DNA from: an uncultured Veillonellaceae bacterium
Lineage (GTDB): Bacteria; Bacillota; Negativicutes; JARBTT01
NCBI GenBank assembly: GCA_963805085.1
Contig: CAWDTA010000002.1
Location: 192,001 to 256,000, forward strand
DNA length: 64,000 nt
Reading direction: 5' to 3'
The notes below the pieces were generated by a model. That model ran no database searches. It had not been told where the DNA came from and saw only the letters and a program-made list of their open reading frames with translations. Shown one piece after another: positions 52,538-63,000 of the stretch. How positions within the stretch are numbered: position 1 is the stretch's first letter; every line of letters begins with the position of its first letter. Both the position numbers and the translations under genes were made by a program.

Positions 52538-53671
52538 ATGAATATAGATACCCTTTGTATACATGCAAATAAAATTGAACACAATCCAACTGGTGCTGTC
52601 AGCGTACCCATTTATCAATCAGCAACCTTTGCCCATCCCGGTGTAGGACAAAGTACCGGCTACGACTACGCGCGTCTACAAAATCCAACGCGTGAACATC
52701 TGGAAAAAGTAATGGCCAAATTAGAGAACGGCGTTGACGCAATGGCTTTCACAACGGGCATGGCAGCAACCACAACATTAATGGAACTATTTTCTCCAGG
52801 CGACCACATCATTAGTTCCGATGATTTATATGGTGGTGCACATCGCTTATTCGATCACATCTCAGTAAAAAATGGATTAACTTTTGACGCTATCAATACT
52901 TCCGACATTCGTTTAATTGAAAAGCATATCAAACCAAATACCAAGGCGATTTTTATCGAAACCCCTACCAATCCGATGATGCATGTAACCGATATTAAAA
53001 AAGTAACGCAGCTTGCGAAAAAACATCATATATTGGTGATCGTCGATAACACGTTCCTTACGCCATATTTTCAAAAGTCATTAGATTTAGGTGCAGATAT
53101 CGTTCTTCACAGTGGTACAAAATACCTTGGTGGGCACAACGATACTTTAGCTGGTTTCTTGGTTGTAAATTCTACCGAGTTATCGGACAAACTTCGCTTT
53201 ATCTATAAAACAACTGGCGCCTGTCTAGCGCCACTCGATAGCTGGCTCCTTATTCGCGGTATTAAAACATTGGCAATTCGCATGAAAACACAAGCCAACA
53301 ATGCCATGAAAATTGCCAATTGGTTAAAAACTCAGCCAAAAATCAAAAAAGTTTACTACGTCGGCTTGCCAGAGCATCCTGATTATGAGATTTCAGCTAG
53401 ACAAGCAACTGGATTTGGGGCAATGATCTCTTTTGATGTCGACAGCGAGCAAACAGCGCGCAATCTATTAGAAAAAGTAGACCTTATCCAATTTGCTGAA
53501 AGTCTCGGCGGCGTTGAAACGTTGATGACCTACCCAATGCTGCAAACTCATGCTGACGTGCCAAAAGAATCGCGTGAAGCCAAAGGGATCAACGAAACTT
53601 TACTTCGCTTGTCAGTCGGAATCGAAGATGTTGATGATATCATCGCCGATTTAGCACAAGCTTTGGGATAG
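52538..53671 (+). CDS. Cystathionine gamma-synthase/lyase (Cys/Met PLP family)
   Basis: YARLQNPTR, ETPTNP, DNTFLTP, HSGTKYLGGH, ESLGGVE, LRLSVGIE. Confidence 0.9.
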   Translation: MNIDTLCIHANKIEHNPTGAVSVPIYQSATFAHPGVGQSTGYDYARLQNPTREHLEKVMAKLENGVDAMAFTTGMAATTTLMELFSPGDHIISSDDLYGGAHRLFDHISVKNGLTFDAINTSDIRLIEKHIKPNTKAIFIETPTNPMMHVTDIKKVTQLAKKHHILVIVDNTFLTPYFQKSLDLGADIVLHSGTKYLGGHNDTLAGFLVVNSTELSDKLRFIYKTTGACLAPLDSWLLIRGIKTLAIRMKTQANNAMKIANWLKTQPKIKKVYYVGLPEHPDYEISARQATGFGAMISFDVDSEQTARNLLEKVDLIQFAESLGGVETLMTYPMLQTHADVPKESREAKGINETLLRLSVGIEDVDDIIADLAQALG

Positions 53672-53682
53672 GAGATAAGAAA

Positions 53683-54858
53683 ATGAACTATAATTTTGAT
53701 GAAATTATCGACAGAAGAAATACAAATTCCTTAAAATATGATTTTGCTTTAGAACGTAATAAACCAAGCGATGTACTCCCACTTTGGGTAGCTGACATGG
53801 ATATAAAAACACCACTCGAAGTACGTGAAGCTCTTATAAAATCAGCAGAGCATGGTATCTTTGGTTATTCCGATGTGAAAATCGAATATTTTAACACGCT
53901 AAACAAATGGTTTGAAACCAATTTTGACTGGGAGACTAAACAAGAATGGCTCGTGAAAGCCCCTGGGGTTGTTTTCGCGATTTGTACTGCAATTCGCGCC
54001 TTTACAGAAAAAGGTGATGCTGTACTGATTCAACGCCCTGTATATTATCCATTCTCACTATCAATTAAGGATAATGAACGCAAATTGGTAAACAATCCGC
54101 TTGTGTATAAGGACGGCAAATATGAAATTGACTTTGTTGACTTTGAACAAAAGATTATCGACAATCATGTGAAATTATTTATCCTTTGCAGTCCTCATAA
54201 CCCTGTTGGCAGAGTATGGACGAAAGGAGAATTAACGAAAATCGGCGATATTTGTATCAAACATAACGTACTCGTTGTCGCCGATGAGATTCACGAAGAG
54301 TTTATCTATGAAGGGTTCAAACATCACGTATTTGCGAGTCTAAAACCAGAGTTCAGCGACATTGCGATCACTTGCACCGCGCCAAGTAAAACCTTTAATC
54401 TCGCTGGCTTACAAGTTTCTAATATCTTTATTTCCAATACTGAACTTCGCCGTAAATTCAAAAAGGAAATAATAAAAACTGGTTATTGTGAATTAAACGC
54501 AATGGGACTCGTCGCTTGTCAAACAGCCTATGCCCATGGCCTAGATTGGCTCGATCAATTAAAAGTATATCTTGCCCAAAATCTTGATTTCACTAGAACG
54601 TTCCTCGTCGAAAAAATCCCACAAATAAAACTAGTCGAACCACAAGGTACCTATCTCCTCTGGCTCAATTGCTCAGCTCTCAACTTAGATGATAAAGCTC
54701 TCGAAGACCTCATCGTCAATAAAGCAAAACTTTGGCTCGACGCCGGCACCATGTTCGGCCCTGAGGGCTCAGGCTTCCAACGCATCAATATCACTTGCCC
54801 ACGCGCTACACTAGAAAAAGCGCTGCAACAATTAGAGGCAGCGGTAAAAACGTTGTAA
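53683..54858 (+). CDS. patB: PatB/MalY-family cystathionine beta-lyase
   Basis: PLWVADMD, CSPHNPVGRVW, DEIH, APSKTFNLAG. Confidence 0.85.
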   Translation: MNYNFDEIIDRRNTNSLKYDFALERNKPSDVLPLWVADMDIKTPLEVREALIKSAEHGIFGYSDVKIEYFNTLNKWFETNFDWETKQEWLVKAPGVVFAICTAIRAFTEKGDAVLIQRPVYYPFSLSIKDNERKLVNNPLVYKDGKYEIDFVDFEQKIIDNHVKLFILCSPHNPVGRVWTKGELTKIGDICIKHNVLVVADEIHEEFIYEGFKHHVFASLKPEFSDIAITCTAPSKTFNLAGLQVSNIFISNTELRRKFKKEIIKTGYCELNAMGLVACQTAYAHGLDWLDQLKVYLAQNLDFTRTFLVEKIPQIKLVEPQGTYLLWLNCSALNLDDKALEDLIVNKAKLWLDAGTMFGPEGSGFQRINITCPRATLEKALQQLEAAVKTL

Positions 54859-55033
54859 ATTGCAACAAAGATAGAGAATTCAGCAGAATTATGAAGCTAT
54901 TATAGTTATCATTAAAACATAGCATCAATGATTTTATTTACTTTACGAATAAAATCTACTATAATAAACATATACTAAATAAACCAAAAACGCCCTGTGG
55001 AAGCAGGACGTTTCGGTTGAAGATGGTGTGTTG

Positions 55034-55120
55034 TTACCTGCAAAGCGCAATGAGCGTTGTAACCGCTACAATGAACTTAGCAGAAACTATTAGCTTAAAC
55101 GACTTAGTTTCTAGCTGCAT
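55034..55120 (-). CDS. 28-aa hydrophobic peptide, candidate type I toxin
   Basis: RBS GGAGGTGA; MQLETKSFKLIVSAKFIVAVTTLIALCR*; 5' hairpin 55146-55169; convergent sigma70 promoter 54937-54965. Confidence 0.55.
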   Translation of the reverse strand: MQLETKSFKLIVSAKFIVAVTTLIALCR

Positions 55121-55305
55121 GGTATCACCTCCATATTCAGTTATGAGGACGTAGTTGACGCTACGTCCTTTATTATTATAACTTAATGTGACTAATTTTT
55201 ACAGTTTGAAATAAAACTGTCTTTTCAGTTAATATTTAGATTGCACTAAAAAGAACGAAGCTGAGATTTTGATATTTTAAAGGCACAACTGGCAACTGAC
55301 ACGTA

Positions 55306-55629
55306 TCAGCTGCTAGTTGTGCCTTTTGGGTCGAAATATCTCCGATTGAGCTTTAGAAAATCCATCCGCCTAGGTTTGATTCCCATCTCTAGTAATTCCT
55401 TGTCTAATTTCGCATAGGTAATGTCTCTATACTCTTCGAATGGAATGTCGTCAGCTATTTCAGTCAGAAGACCAAACTGGGAAAGATTATATATCATAAC
55501 TCCCTCTTGTTGCTTAACCATGACATACTTTTTCTTATCAAAATCTGTCATCAATTTAACTGTAAAATCAGCGTTTTCTACTTCCTCAGCCATAATTATG
55601 TCGTCTGTTGTTTTATAGATTCTATACAT
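55306..55629 (-). CDS. Hypothetical protein
   Basis: 107-aa ORF with RBS GAGG; no recognised motif. Confidence 0.55.
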   Translation of the reverse strand: MYRIYKTTDDIIMAEEVENADFTVKLMTDFDKKKYVMVKQQEGVMIYNLSQFGLLTEIADDIPFEEYRDITYAKLDKELLEMGIKPRRMDFLKLNRRYFDPKGTTSS

Positions 55630-56027
55630 TTACAGAACCTCTATTTCCCCAAAAAACATATCTTGTCCCTTGTAAATAGAATGAACCTCTCCTCTTGGTT
55701 GTGGCGAGGAGGCTTCCTCGCCACATATTGGTGCGATACCTTGCCCACAGTTTTTTACTACCTTGTACTGATACCAATTTTATATCCCCCTTCATCATTC
55801 TGCACGTGGTTTCTTCTATCCGCTGATGCAGATAGAAAAAACCAGCATACAGTTTGTTTCAGGGGAAACCAAAAAAGCACATGCGAGGTTTTATTCAACC
55901 TACACATGCGCTATACTTCATCTTGATTGCATGCAGACGCTAAGCCTCTGCTAAAACTTCAATCGTATTATACCAAGCGAACGGACTATCTCCCTTGTAA
56001 TCAAGGGAAAAGCACGGTATAATAAAT

Positions 56028-56122
56028 TGTCGTCGTAGACAGCTAGCTGTTACGTGTAGGTGCTTACCCACCTGCTCGTGCCTCAGAGTGGTGACACACT
56101 CTCAGGACACGGCGACTTTTTT
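56028..56122 (+). ncRNA. Candidate structured small (antisense) RNA
   Basis: Promoter TTGTAA-N17-TATAAT (55995-56023); closing stem GTCGTCGT/ACGGCGAC enclosing three hairpins, then T6. Confidence 0.55.
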
Positions 56123-56221
56123 AATTTCCACCTATTTTTATTATAATCCATTTGTTGGGGATTGCAAGCAAAAGTAAATCGAAATATGAATTTTTATATA
56201 GAAAAAGCGAGGTCAGTGAGC

Positions 56222-56251
56222 GGGACAAGGGGACAGGTTTTCTGTCCCACT
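56222..56251. repeat. REP sequence downstream of the RAYT
   Basis: GGGACAAGGGGACAGGTTTTCTGTCCCACT; 29/30 inverted copy at 57046-57075. Confidence 0.8.
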
Positions 56252-57008
56252 ACAATCTATCAATTACACTTTTAGAAATTCCAGTTATCCTTGCTAATTG
56301 CCTTATCGTAATGCCATTCTTTTCTTTTATCTTTCGGATTACATTATCCCGTTGCTCTTTATTTAATCGTCGCAATTGACTAATCGTTGTTATTCCCATT
56401 TCACTTAAATATTTCATTATTTCTTGATCGGATACAATCACTTTTTCTCTACAATCCAAACACTCATCTGCATTGTTTTCATTTGTATACTCTATAAATA
56501 ATTTTGTCGCCGCTGCTTTGTCACTCGAAAAATTTTCTAACGCAAGCTCTATATCTGTAATGCCTGGTATACCGACATAATTATGATAACTACTCCACAA
56601 ATATTTACCTGCATTTTTTGCAATTCCTGCTTTTACCGGATTCTGATGAATGTATCTCAAAACCATAAGAAAATATGCATCTGTCTCGACAACTTCACTC
56701 TTATATCGTTCTTGAAACAAATGCCCACACCGTTGATATTTTTGATTATACCAATATACATAGCTACTACTAATTCGTTTTATCACTTGGTCTATTGATT
56801 CTTTATTCTCTTTTATCAGCAAATGAATATGGTTATCCATCAAACAGTATCCATATAGCAAATAACCGCTCAACTTCTTATAATATGCAAGCGTTTCTAA
56901 AAATCTTTGTTTGTCTTCTTCATCTTCAAATATATTTTGTTTATTGATTCCCCTACATATCAGATGATAGATTCCTGTTTCACTTTTTAACCGAGCTTTT
57001 CTTGGCAT
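56250..57008 (-). CDS. REP-associated tyrosine transposase (RAYT, Y1_Tnp)
   Basis: MPRKAR..YHLICRGINKQ, HUH NHIHLL, GHLFQERY, RYIHQNPVKAG, WSSY; C-terminal HTH. Confidence 0.9.
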   Translation of the reverse strand: MPRKARLKSETGIYHLICRGINKQNIFEDEEDKQRFLETLAYYKKLSGYLLYGYCLMDNHIHLLIKENKESIDQVIKRISSSYVYWYNQKYQRCGHLFQERYKSEVVETDAYFLMVLRYIHQNPVKAGIAKNAGKYLWSSYHNYVGIPGITDIELALENFSSDKAAATKLFIEYTNENNADECLDCREKVIVSDQEIMKYLSEMGITTISQLRRLNKEQRDNVIRKIKEKNGITIRQLARITGISKSVIDRL

Positions 57009-57045
57009 AGTATCACCTCAATATTAGTATAACATCTTTTCTATC

Positions 57046-57075
57046 AGTGGGACAGTAAACCTGTCCCCTTGTCCC
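57046..57075. repeat. REP sequence upstream of the RAYT
   Basis: AGTGGGACAGTAAACCTGTCCCCTTGTCCC. Confidence 0.8.
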
Positions 57076-57096
57076 TCTAGCATGAAAAAAAGAGCC

Positions 57097-57216
57097 CTAA
57101 GGCTCTCGATTATGATGTTTTCTACGTGTACGAGATTTCTTAATTTCTTGGTATTCCCAAAAAATCTCTAAAGCAATCTTTGCTATTCCTAAGATACTCG
57201 CAACTATAATTAACAT
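57097..57216 (-). CDS. Possible 39-aa single-TM basic-tailed peptide (may be a frameshifted toxin-like gene)
   Basis: MLIIVASILGIAKIALEIFWEYQEIKKSRTRRKHHNREP*; terminator hairpin overlaps the stop; best RBS (AGGGGGTG) leads to an out-of-frame ATG. Confidence 0.35.
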   Translation of the reverse strand: MLIIVASILGIAKIALEIFWEYQEIKKSRTRRKHHNREP

Positions 57217-57652
57217 TTCTTGAAGTACATCAAAATCTAAGCAACATGTAATCACCCCCTATTAAACATTTCCTTGAGGTGAGAAAAAAGCCACTACAAT
57301 AATGAAATACTTGTCCTATATAGTGTTAACGTTTATAAAGCTCCGTATCCACATTATCCCATAGTTTAAATCTTTTGTAAATACTAAAACAGTTAAAAAT
57401 TTGCAAATAAATATATTTTTTTAAGGAACTGACTGGTATTTAGGCTAGTTAGTTCCTTATATATAATCGATATAAAGAACGGGGACAAGGATGTTGCTTT
57501 CAATAAGGAAACATAGTCCCTGTCCCCGCGTTCTCTGAATACTGATTCTAGCTGGAGTTTATTTTTATAGAGATAGGAAAGAACTTTATAATCCAAAGAC
57601 AGGTTATACTAAGATTTTGAGCAAAGGATTTTACCACATTTAAAATAATAAG

Positions 57653-57712
57653 GTGTCGAGGGGACGGGGTTGTTGACATAGATGGTTGTCAACAACCCCG
57701 TCCCCTCGACAC
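57653..57712. repeat. REPIN-like perfect 26-bp inverted repeat
   Basis: GTGTCGAGGGGACGGGGTTGTTGACA-N8-TGTCAACAACCCCGTCCCCTCGACAC; related degenerate pair at 57479-57529. Confidence 0.75.
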
Positions 57713-58061
57713 TCTATGCTGCTCTTTTACATTTTGTAAAAATTTGATTATCTTATCTAATTCCGTAATATCGGATTGAAAAGAAACCTCTTGTAACTCT
57801 ATTAAATTTTCACTGTCTTTTTGATATCCAAATACTTTCACAACTATTCCCCTACTTCCCATCTATTTTTTTCAACCATTCTTTTGTATTGTTACTTGGA
57901 TTAGGCGTTCCTTTATGAGCATCATGTATTGTTCCATCATTATTTAAGGATTTTCCGTCTTTAAAATGAACATGTGGTTTTTGTCCTGGAACATGAGGTT
58001 TATCTACTCTATCAACATCTTTTGGTGCCTGTCCTTTTTCAACCTGCTTTTGTAAACTATA
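57689..58061 (-). pseudogene. Orphan polymorphic-toxin C-terminal fragment (57852-58061) plus truncated immunity-like ORF (57689-57841)
   Basis: ..LQKQVEKGQAPKDVDRVDKPHVPGQKPHVHFKDGKSLNNDGTIHD..EWLKK with no start; then GTG KVFGYQKDSENLIELQEVSF..ELDKIIKFL cut by a REP. Confidence 0.6.
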
Positions 58062-58085
58062 AATTTAGACAAAAGTACGCGTCCC

Positions 58086-58164
58086 CTTGGCATAGTATCA
58101 CCTCAACGCTAGTATAACACCTTTTTTTCAGTGGGACAGCAAACCTGTCCCCTTGTTCCTCTAG
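58086..58164 (-). repeat. Duplicate of the RAYT 5' end (REP, leader, first codons)
   Basis: Near-identical to 57001-57080 (CTTGGCATAGTATCACCTCAA..AGTGGGACAG..CTGTCCCCTTG..CTCTAG). Confidence 0.8.
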
Positions 58165-58321
58165 CTGTTAATCGCTAGAGAGAAACCGAAACGAAGTGAA
58201 GGTTTCAAAGAGAATACTTGTTGGCGGTTAAATAATTATTATTTTGTGCGTTAATAAATGATTTATTTTATTTTTACACTTTGTTATTAAAATACTATAT
58301 GATGTGGGGTTTGTACAACTA

Positions 58322-58922
58322 TTAATATATAAATATTACAAAGTCGTGAGAGTGTAACATAATTTTGGTGATTTGTTTAAAAATATTTTTAAATTGCGTT
58401 TTTAGCGGTTGGTGATAAAACTACTATGAAGTATTGATTTGTATGGTTTGAATGAATTTGAGTGCGTAAATAATAATTATTTTATGGTGGTATATATTTT
58501 AGGGTATTTTGCTGTAAAGAGTGCATTTGCTCTGTTTATTAAAAAAGTATATATATTGTGCGGTTGGTGCATCTATATATAAATATTTTTCCATTTTTTA
58601 AATTTAATATATAAATATTACAAAGTCGTGAAAGTGTAACATGATTTTGGTGATTTTTTTAAATATTTTTAGTTTGGTGGTTTTGTGTGCTTTGTATGTT
58701 AAAAAATAATTATATAGGTGAAATGGGGGTAAATCTGTATTGATTTTGCTATAGATATTGAACAATTTAGCGGTTGGTACGTTATTACTTTTAAAATACA
58801 TATATATTGAGTGTCTTGTATTACTATAAATATATATTTTTCCTTTTTTAATTTTAATATATAAATATTACAAAATCGTCAAAGTGTAACATCAAATTGG
58901 CAACATTTTTAAAAATATTTTT
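58322..58922. repeat. Three degenerate direct repeats (~65-bp conserved block) starting at 58322, 58604 and 58854
   Basis: TTAATATATAAATATTACAAAGTCGTGA(G/A)AGTGTAACAT.. Confidence 0.8.
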
Positions 58923-59347
58923 ACCCTTGACCAGTAGAATAAATACTATAGGATACCGTGACACGTGACAATGGTTTGTCACTAGTATAATTATTTTAAA
59001 TTAAAATGGTATATCGTAGTCAAATTTTTGACTAGTTCATTATCAATATCTAATATTCAGGTGGACTCATAGTAAAAACATATATTCATCAGATTTATTT
59101 TGGAACACCTATTAATAGTATCTTATATCAATGGTTCATGAAAAATCATCTGTTTTAACGTGGTGACTCTGATTATAAAATGTTGTTTAATTTGATTATT
59201 ATTTAAGGACTTAAATTGATTTAAACCTTGATTTTACTGGTTTAATGATATTTTACATAAAAGAACCTCTACGACGAAAACACCGTTTTCGTCATCACCG
59301 ACAGGTGATATATTAGAATTATTTTTATTAAAAAGGAGGTTTTATTT

Positions 59348-59515
59348 ATGTATGATACTGTGAGAAAATGTCCTAATTGTGGTAGTGATGCACCTTGTAT
59401 GGGTTCTTTGATGAAATGCAAAGAATGTGGTGGTACTTATTGTTCTAATTGTTCTGGTAATGGCTATGGGGGTAGTTGTCCGTTTTGTGGAGGTAATGAA
59501 TCGAAGTCTTTTTAA
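59348..59515 (+). CDS. 55-aa Cys-rich protein with four CxxC motifs (double zinc ribbon)
   Basis: RBS AGGAGG; MYDTVRKCPNCGSDAPCMGSLMKCKECGGTYCSNCSGNGYGGSCPFCGGNESKSF*. Confidence 0.75.
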   Translation: MYDTVRKCPNCGSDAPCMGSLMKCKECGGTYCSNCSGNGYGGSCPFCGGNESKSF

Positions 59516-59661
59516 TTTCAAGGTTACTCAGTTTTTCTAGATTAATTGAAACGGCATTGTTAATAGGAATTTATTACCTATTAATTAGGTGTCACTAGAG
59601 AGCACCTGAGAATTAAAATGGTCAGTGGATTTTTTACGTCCACTGACCTTGTTTGCATTAA

Positions 59662-60012
59662 CTAAAAATCAAACTTTAGATTTCCCTTTTCCCATTCCGA
59701 AAGTGTCATCTTTGCATTAAACGCAGTAAGCCCTCTGGTACCACTCAGCTCTAACAAAACTTCCTTAGATCGGTCTGGTTGAATCGGGACTAAGCTAATT
59801 GCAGTTTCCAACCTAACAAATCTATTTTGGTGTTCCAAAAATGGAAGCAATTTTTCTAACCCATATTCGAAATTTGATTTTAATTCTTTTCGTATTTTTT
59901 GAATAACCCTTTGCTGCTTATTATACGTCTTGGAATCTCCCCTCTCTTGTGCATCCTCCCCCTTTATACAAGCTTCTATGTATTCATCTATAATCTTCCC
60001 TAAAGGCCTCAT
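59662..60012 (-). CDS. Immunity protein (DUF2019-like) cognate to the upstream toxin
   Basis: Immediately after the toxin; RBS GAGGAGG; LLPFLEH..VRLETA..AKMTLSEWEKG. Confidence 0.75.
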   Translation of the reverse strand: MRPLGKIIDEYIEACIKGEDAQERGDSKTYNKQQRVIQKIRKELKSNFEYGLEKLLPFLEHQNRFVRLETAISLVPIQPDRSKEVLLELSGTRGLTAFNAKMTLSEWEKGNLKFDF

Positions 60013-60024
60013 ACACAACCTCCT

Positions 60025-63000
60025 CTATTCAAACGGTGTAAATATCCATTTTCCAACCGAATCTCGCACAACTGTACCATAATCTTTCAATGAATTCATT
60101 CCAAATTCAAATTGCTCCTCAAAGCTTTTTGTTGCTAACCAGTCTCTTACTGTTAAACCACCTGCCCAGTATGGTTTTGATGAATACAAACCACTAATGG
60201 CACTATGAACACTATCCTTACCAGATTGCAGCGCAATTATATTTTCTACATTATTTACATCTTCTACTGCAAATCCTGCTCTACTCGCATTCAGTTGTGC
60301 TTGTTCAACTATGTGATGCCATTGATTTCCTACCCCAGGCGATCCAAGATAAGCCTTTAGTTCTTTGAACGTCTTGAAACCAATGCCAACTCCACCAACA
60401 GAGCCTGTTACCCCATCCAGAGAATCTTTAAACTCTTGTTTCTGTCGTTCAACTTCATCTGCTAATTCATGAGCATTACTCGGATCGTCTGGATCAATTC
60501 CATTCCATCTTAAACTGATTTTCGCAAAATCTAAAGTTGAACCATTCTCTGATTGTACACGCCAACTTCTGTATGGGTGGTTCTCCAAATCTTCTTTATT
60601 AATAATGGATTTTCCATTTACAATAATCTGACTTTCAGTATCGTCATAAACAGCGACATTTACACCATAAATTTCTTTCCATTTGAAATAAATGTGTCCT
60701 CCATCAGCTCCTACAATATATTCGTAACCCATTTGGTTACCATCAGTGTCATAGCTTCCATCATCTACCCAGAAAACAGTTCCCGGTTCTATACCATCTG
60801 GCAAATAGTATTCTTTTCCGTCACTACCTACTTTATAGTATCCTCTTCCCTCTCCGTTTTCGTCACCACTTGAGTAGATTATTGAGCCTTCTGTAGTTGG
60901 TCGATGAGCATAATCATTATATAATGTCCCAGTGTATGCCGTTGAACCACCTACTTGACCATTTCCTCCAACTAATTTAGACGCGGTTGCTCCTACTATG
61001 GAACTTGCAATTAAACGTAGATTTGGGTCTTTTATTTTAGCTAATTCTTTCTGTAGAGCTTGCGTTACTCCTGCTCCTACTGCACCTGAAGTAAATCCAT
61101 TTCCTCCAAGTTCAGACATTATTCCGCCTACTACAGTATGTAAGAGAATTTTATATTCTCCGCCTTCTGCCCACTTAGCCTTTTCTTCCTTAGTAGTAGC
61201 TTTTTCCCACTGTTTTTCTGCTAAGTCGCCCACTGCTTTATAAGCTTCTTGCCCAAATAAATTAGCTAATTCTTGTTTTTCTTTAACAGTTTCTTTATCA
61301 AAGATTTTTCCTAATGCATTTAAAGCATTTTCTGTATCCCGATTAAGTTGACTTAAATCTTGTTTAGGATTACTTCTTACTTCTATAGTTCCATTCGAAA
61401 TTGCAGATTTTGTTGTACTATTAGCATCACCAGATACTGGCATAGTTGCATTTCGTGTAACAGGAAGTTTCGAGCCAGCTTGCGTAGAATAGCCCGTACT
61501 ACTTGCGCTATATTTCGCTCTGTTTTCCATATTGGAGAAAGTCAGCGTATCCGTGCTGATCTTATTCTTATCTGGCGTAGCATCGCTCGAAATGACCGCA
61601 CCTTTTAGATCGGTATTTTTGCCTACATTGATATCAAATCCGTCCTTACCTGCAAAGATACCTGCTTGATCTGTTACACTGGCATACGTAGAATCGGTTT
61701 CTCCTTTACTAGAAGAGCCAGTTACGTTTGTAGTCGTCGTGGTTTTATTGATCGGCCCCTGCTGACCAGGTTCTAGAGGTTTTCCTCCTACTTTCTCAGT
61801 ACTAAATCCAAATCCTGTACTTTTGTTATTCGCTGTGTAATTATCTGTGTCCTGCTTACTCTCTATGTTTAGGTCACCTTTGATATCAGCTACTACTTTA
61901 TCTCCTTTTACCTGAGAGCCATCAATGTTAGTGTCTTTACCCGAATTCATTGTTAAGGTACCACTCGCATCAATTACGCTTTCTGTATTTGTGGTAATAT
62001 CTCCATTTTCATTGCCCTTATCGGAGTTGAAGTTGCCAAAATAACTAACACCTTTATCTGCAAGTCCAAGTGAACCTCCTACTGACCAAGACGAGGAGCT
62101 CGTATGACTCGTCGTCTGCTGTTTGTTTTCTGCCGCTTCAATATTGAGATCTTTTTTCGCATCTAGGGTGATATCTACCGCATCAATTTTTGTTCCTTTC
62201 AGGTTCAAGTCGCCGTCAGTGGCTTTAATTTTTACATTGCCACCTGCACTAATGTCAGAGGTATTGACAGTCTCTACATGCTCAGTCTGTTCAGATGATA
62301 TTTTCGTGCTGCCGATGCTGACGCTAACAGCAACGCCTGAGTTCAAGTTTCCCTTGGCATCTTTGATTTTTTCAATATCTTTATAAGCTTGATATTCGTG
62401 AAGCGTTTTAAGCCGTTCGTCTTTTACTTCACCTGCACGATCAATATTGTTTAAGGCGCTCTTTCCAGTATCGACAACACCGCCACCTAAGGATACGCTA
62501 AGTCCTGTTTGTTTGAATTCGTATTTGGTCTGACTATCAACCGTATTGATCGTGTTATCAATGGTAACGTCTTTACCTTTAATGTTTAAATCTTCACCAG
62601 TAACAAATGCCGTACCCGCACTATTTGCCTTATTACCAGCAGTGACAGTTACATTTCCATCAATCGAACCAACCGTACTGCCAACTTGATCTAATGTTTT
62701 TTCATCGGTTGTTGTTTTCGTACTTTGCGTTCCTATGGTAAAGCCTAGCCCGCCACCGCTGAAAAGACCAGATTTTCTGGTATAGGAATAGTGATCATCA
62801 TTTCCTGTTTCTTTGGCGCTGGTAATGTTGACATCATTGGCAGCGCTAAGTGTTACATCCTTTGTTCCAACAACATTACTGCCTTTTACTGTCAAGTCTT
62901 TACCAGAGGAGACAGCTACCTCATCGCCAGAGATAGTGCTGCCTTTCACCTCGTTAATCAACGAATGATCCATTGTATCAGTAGTCTTACTAGAAAAAGC

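Noticed and set aside
58322-58922. CRISPR array
   Set aside because: Only three degenerate repeats with ~200-bp, partly similar intervals; no cas genes.
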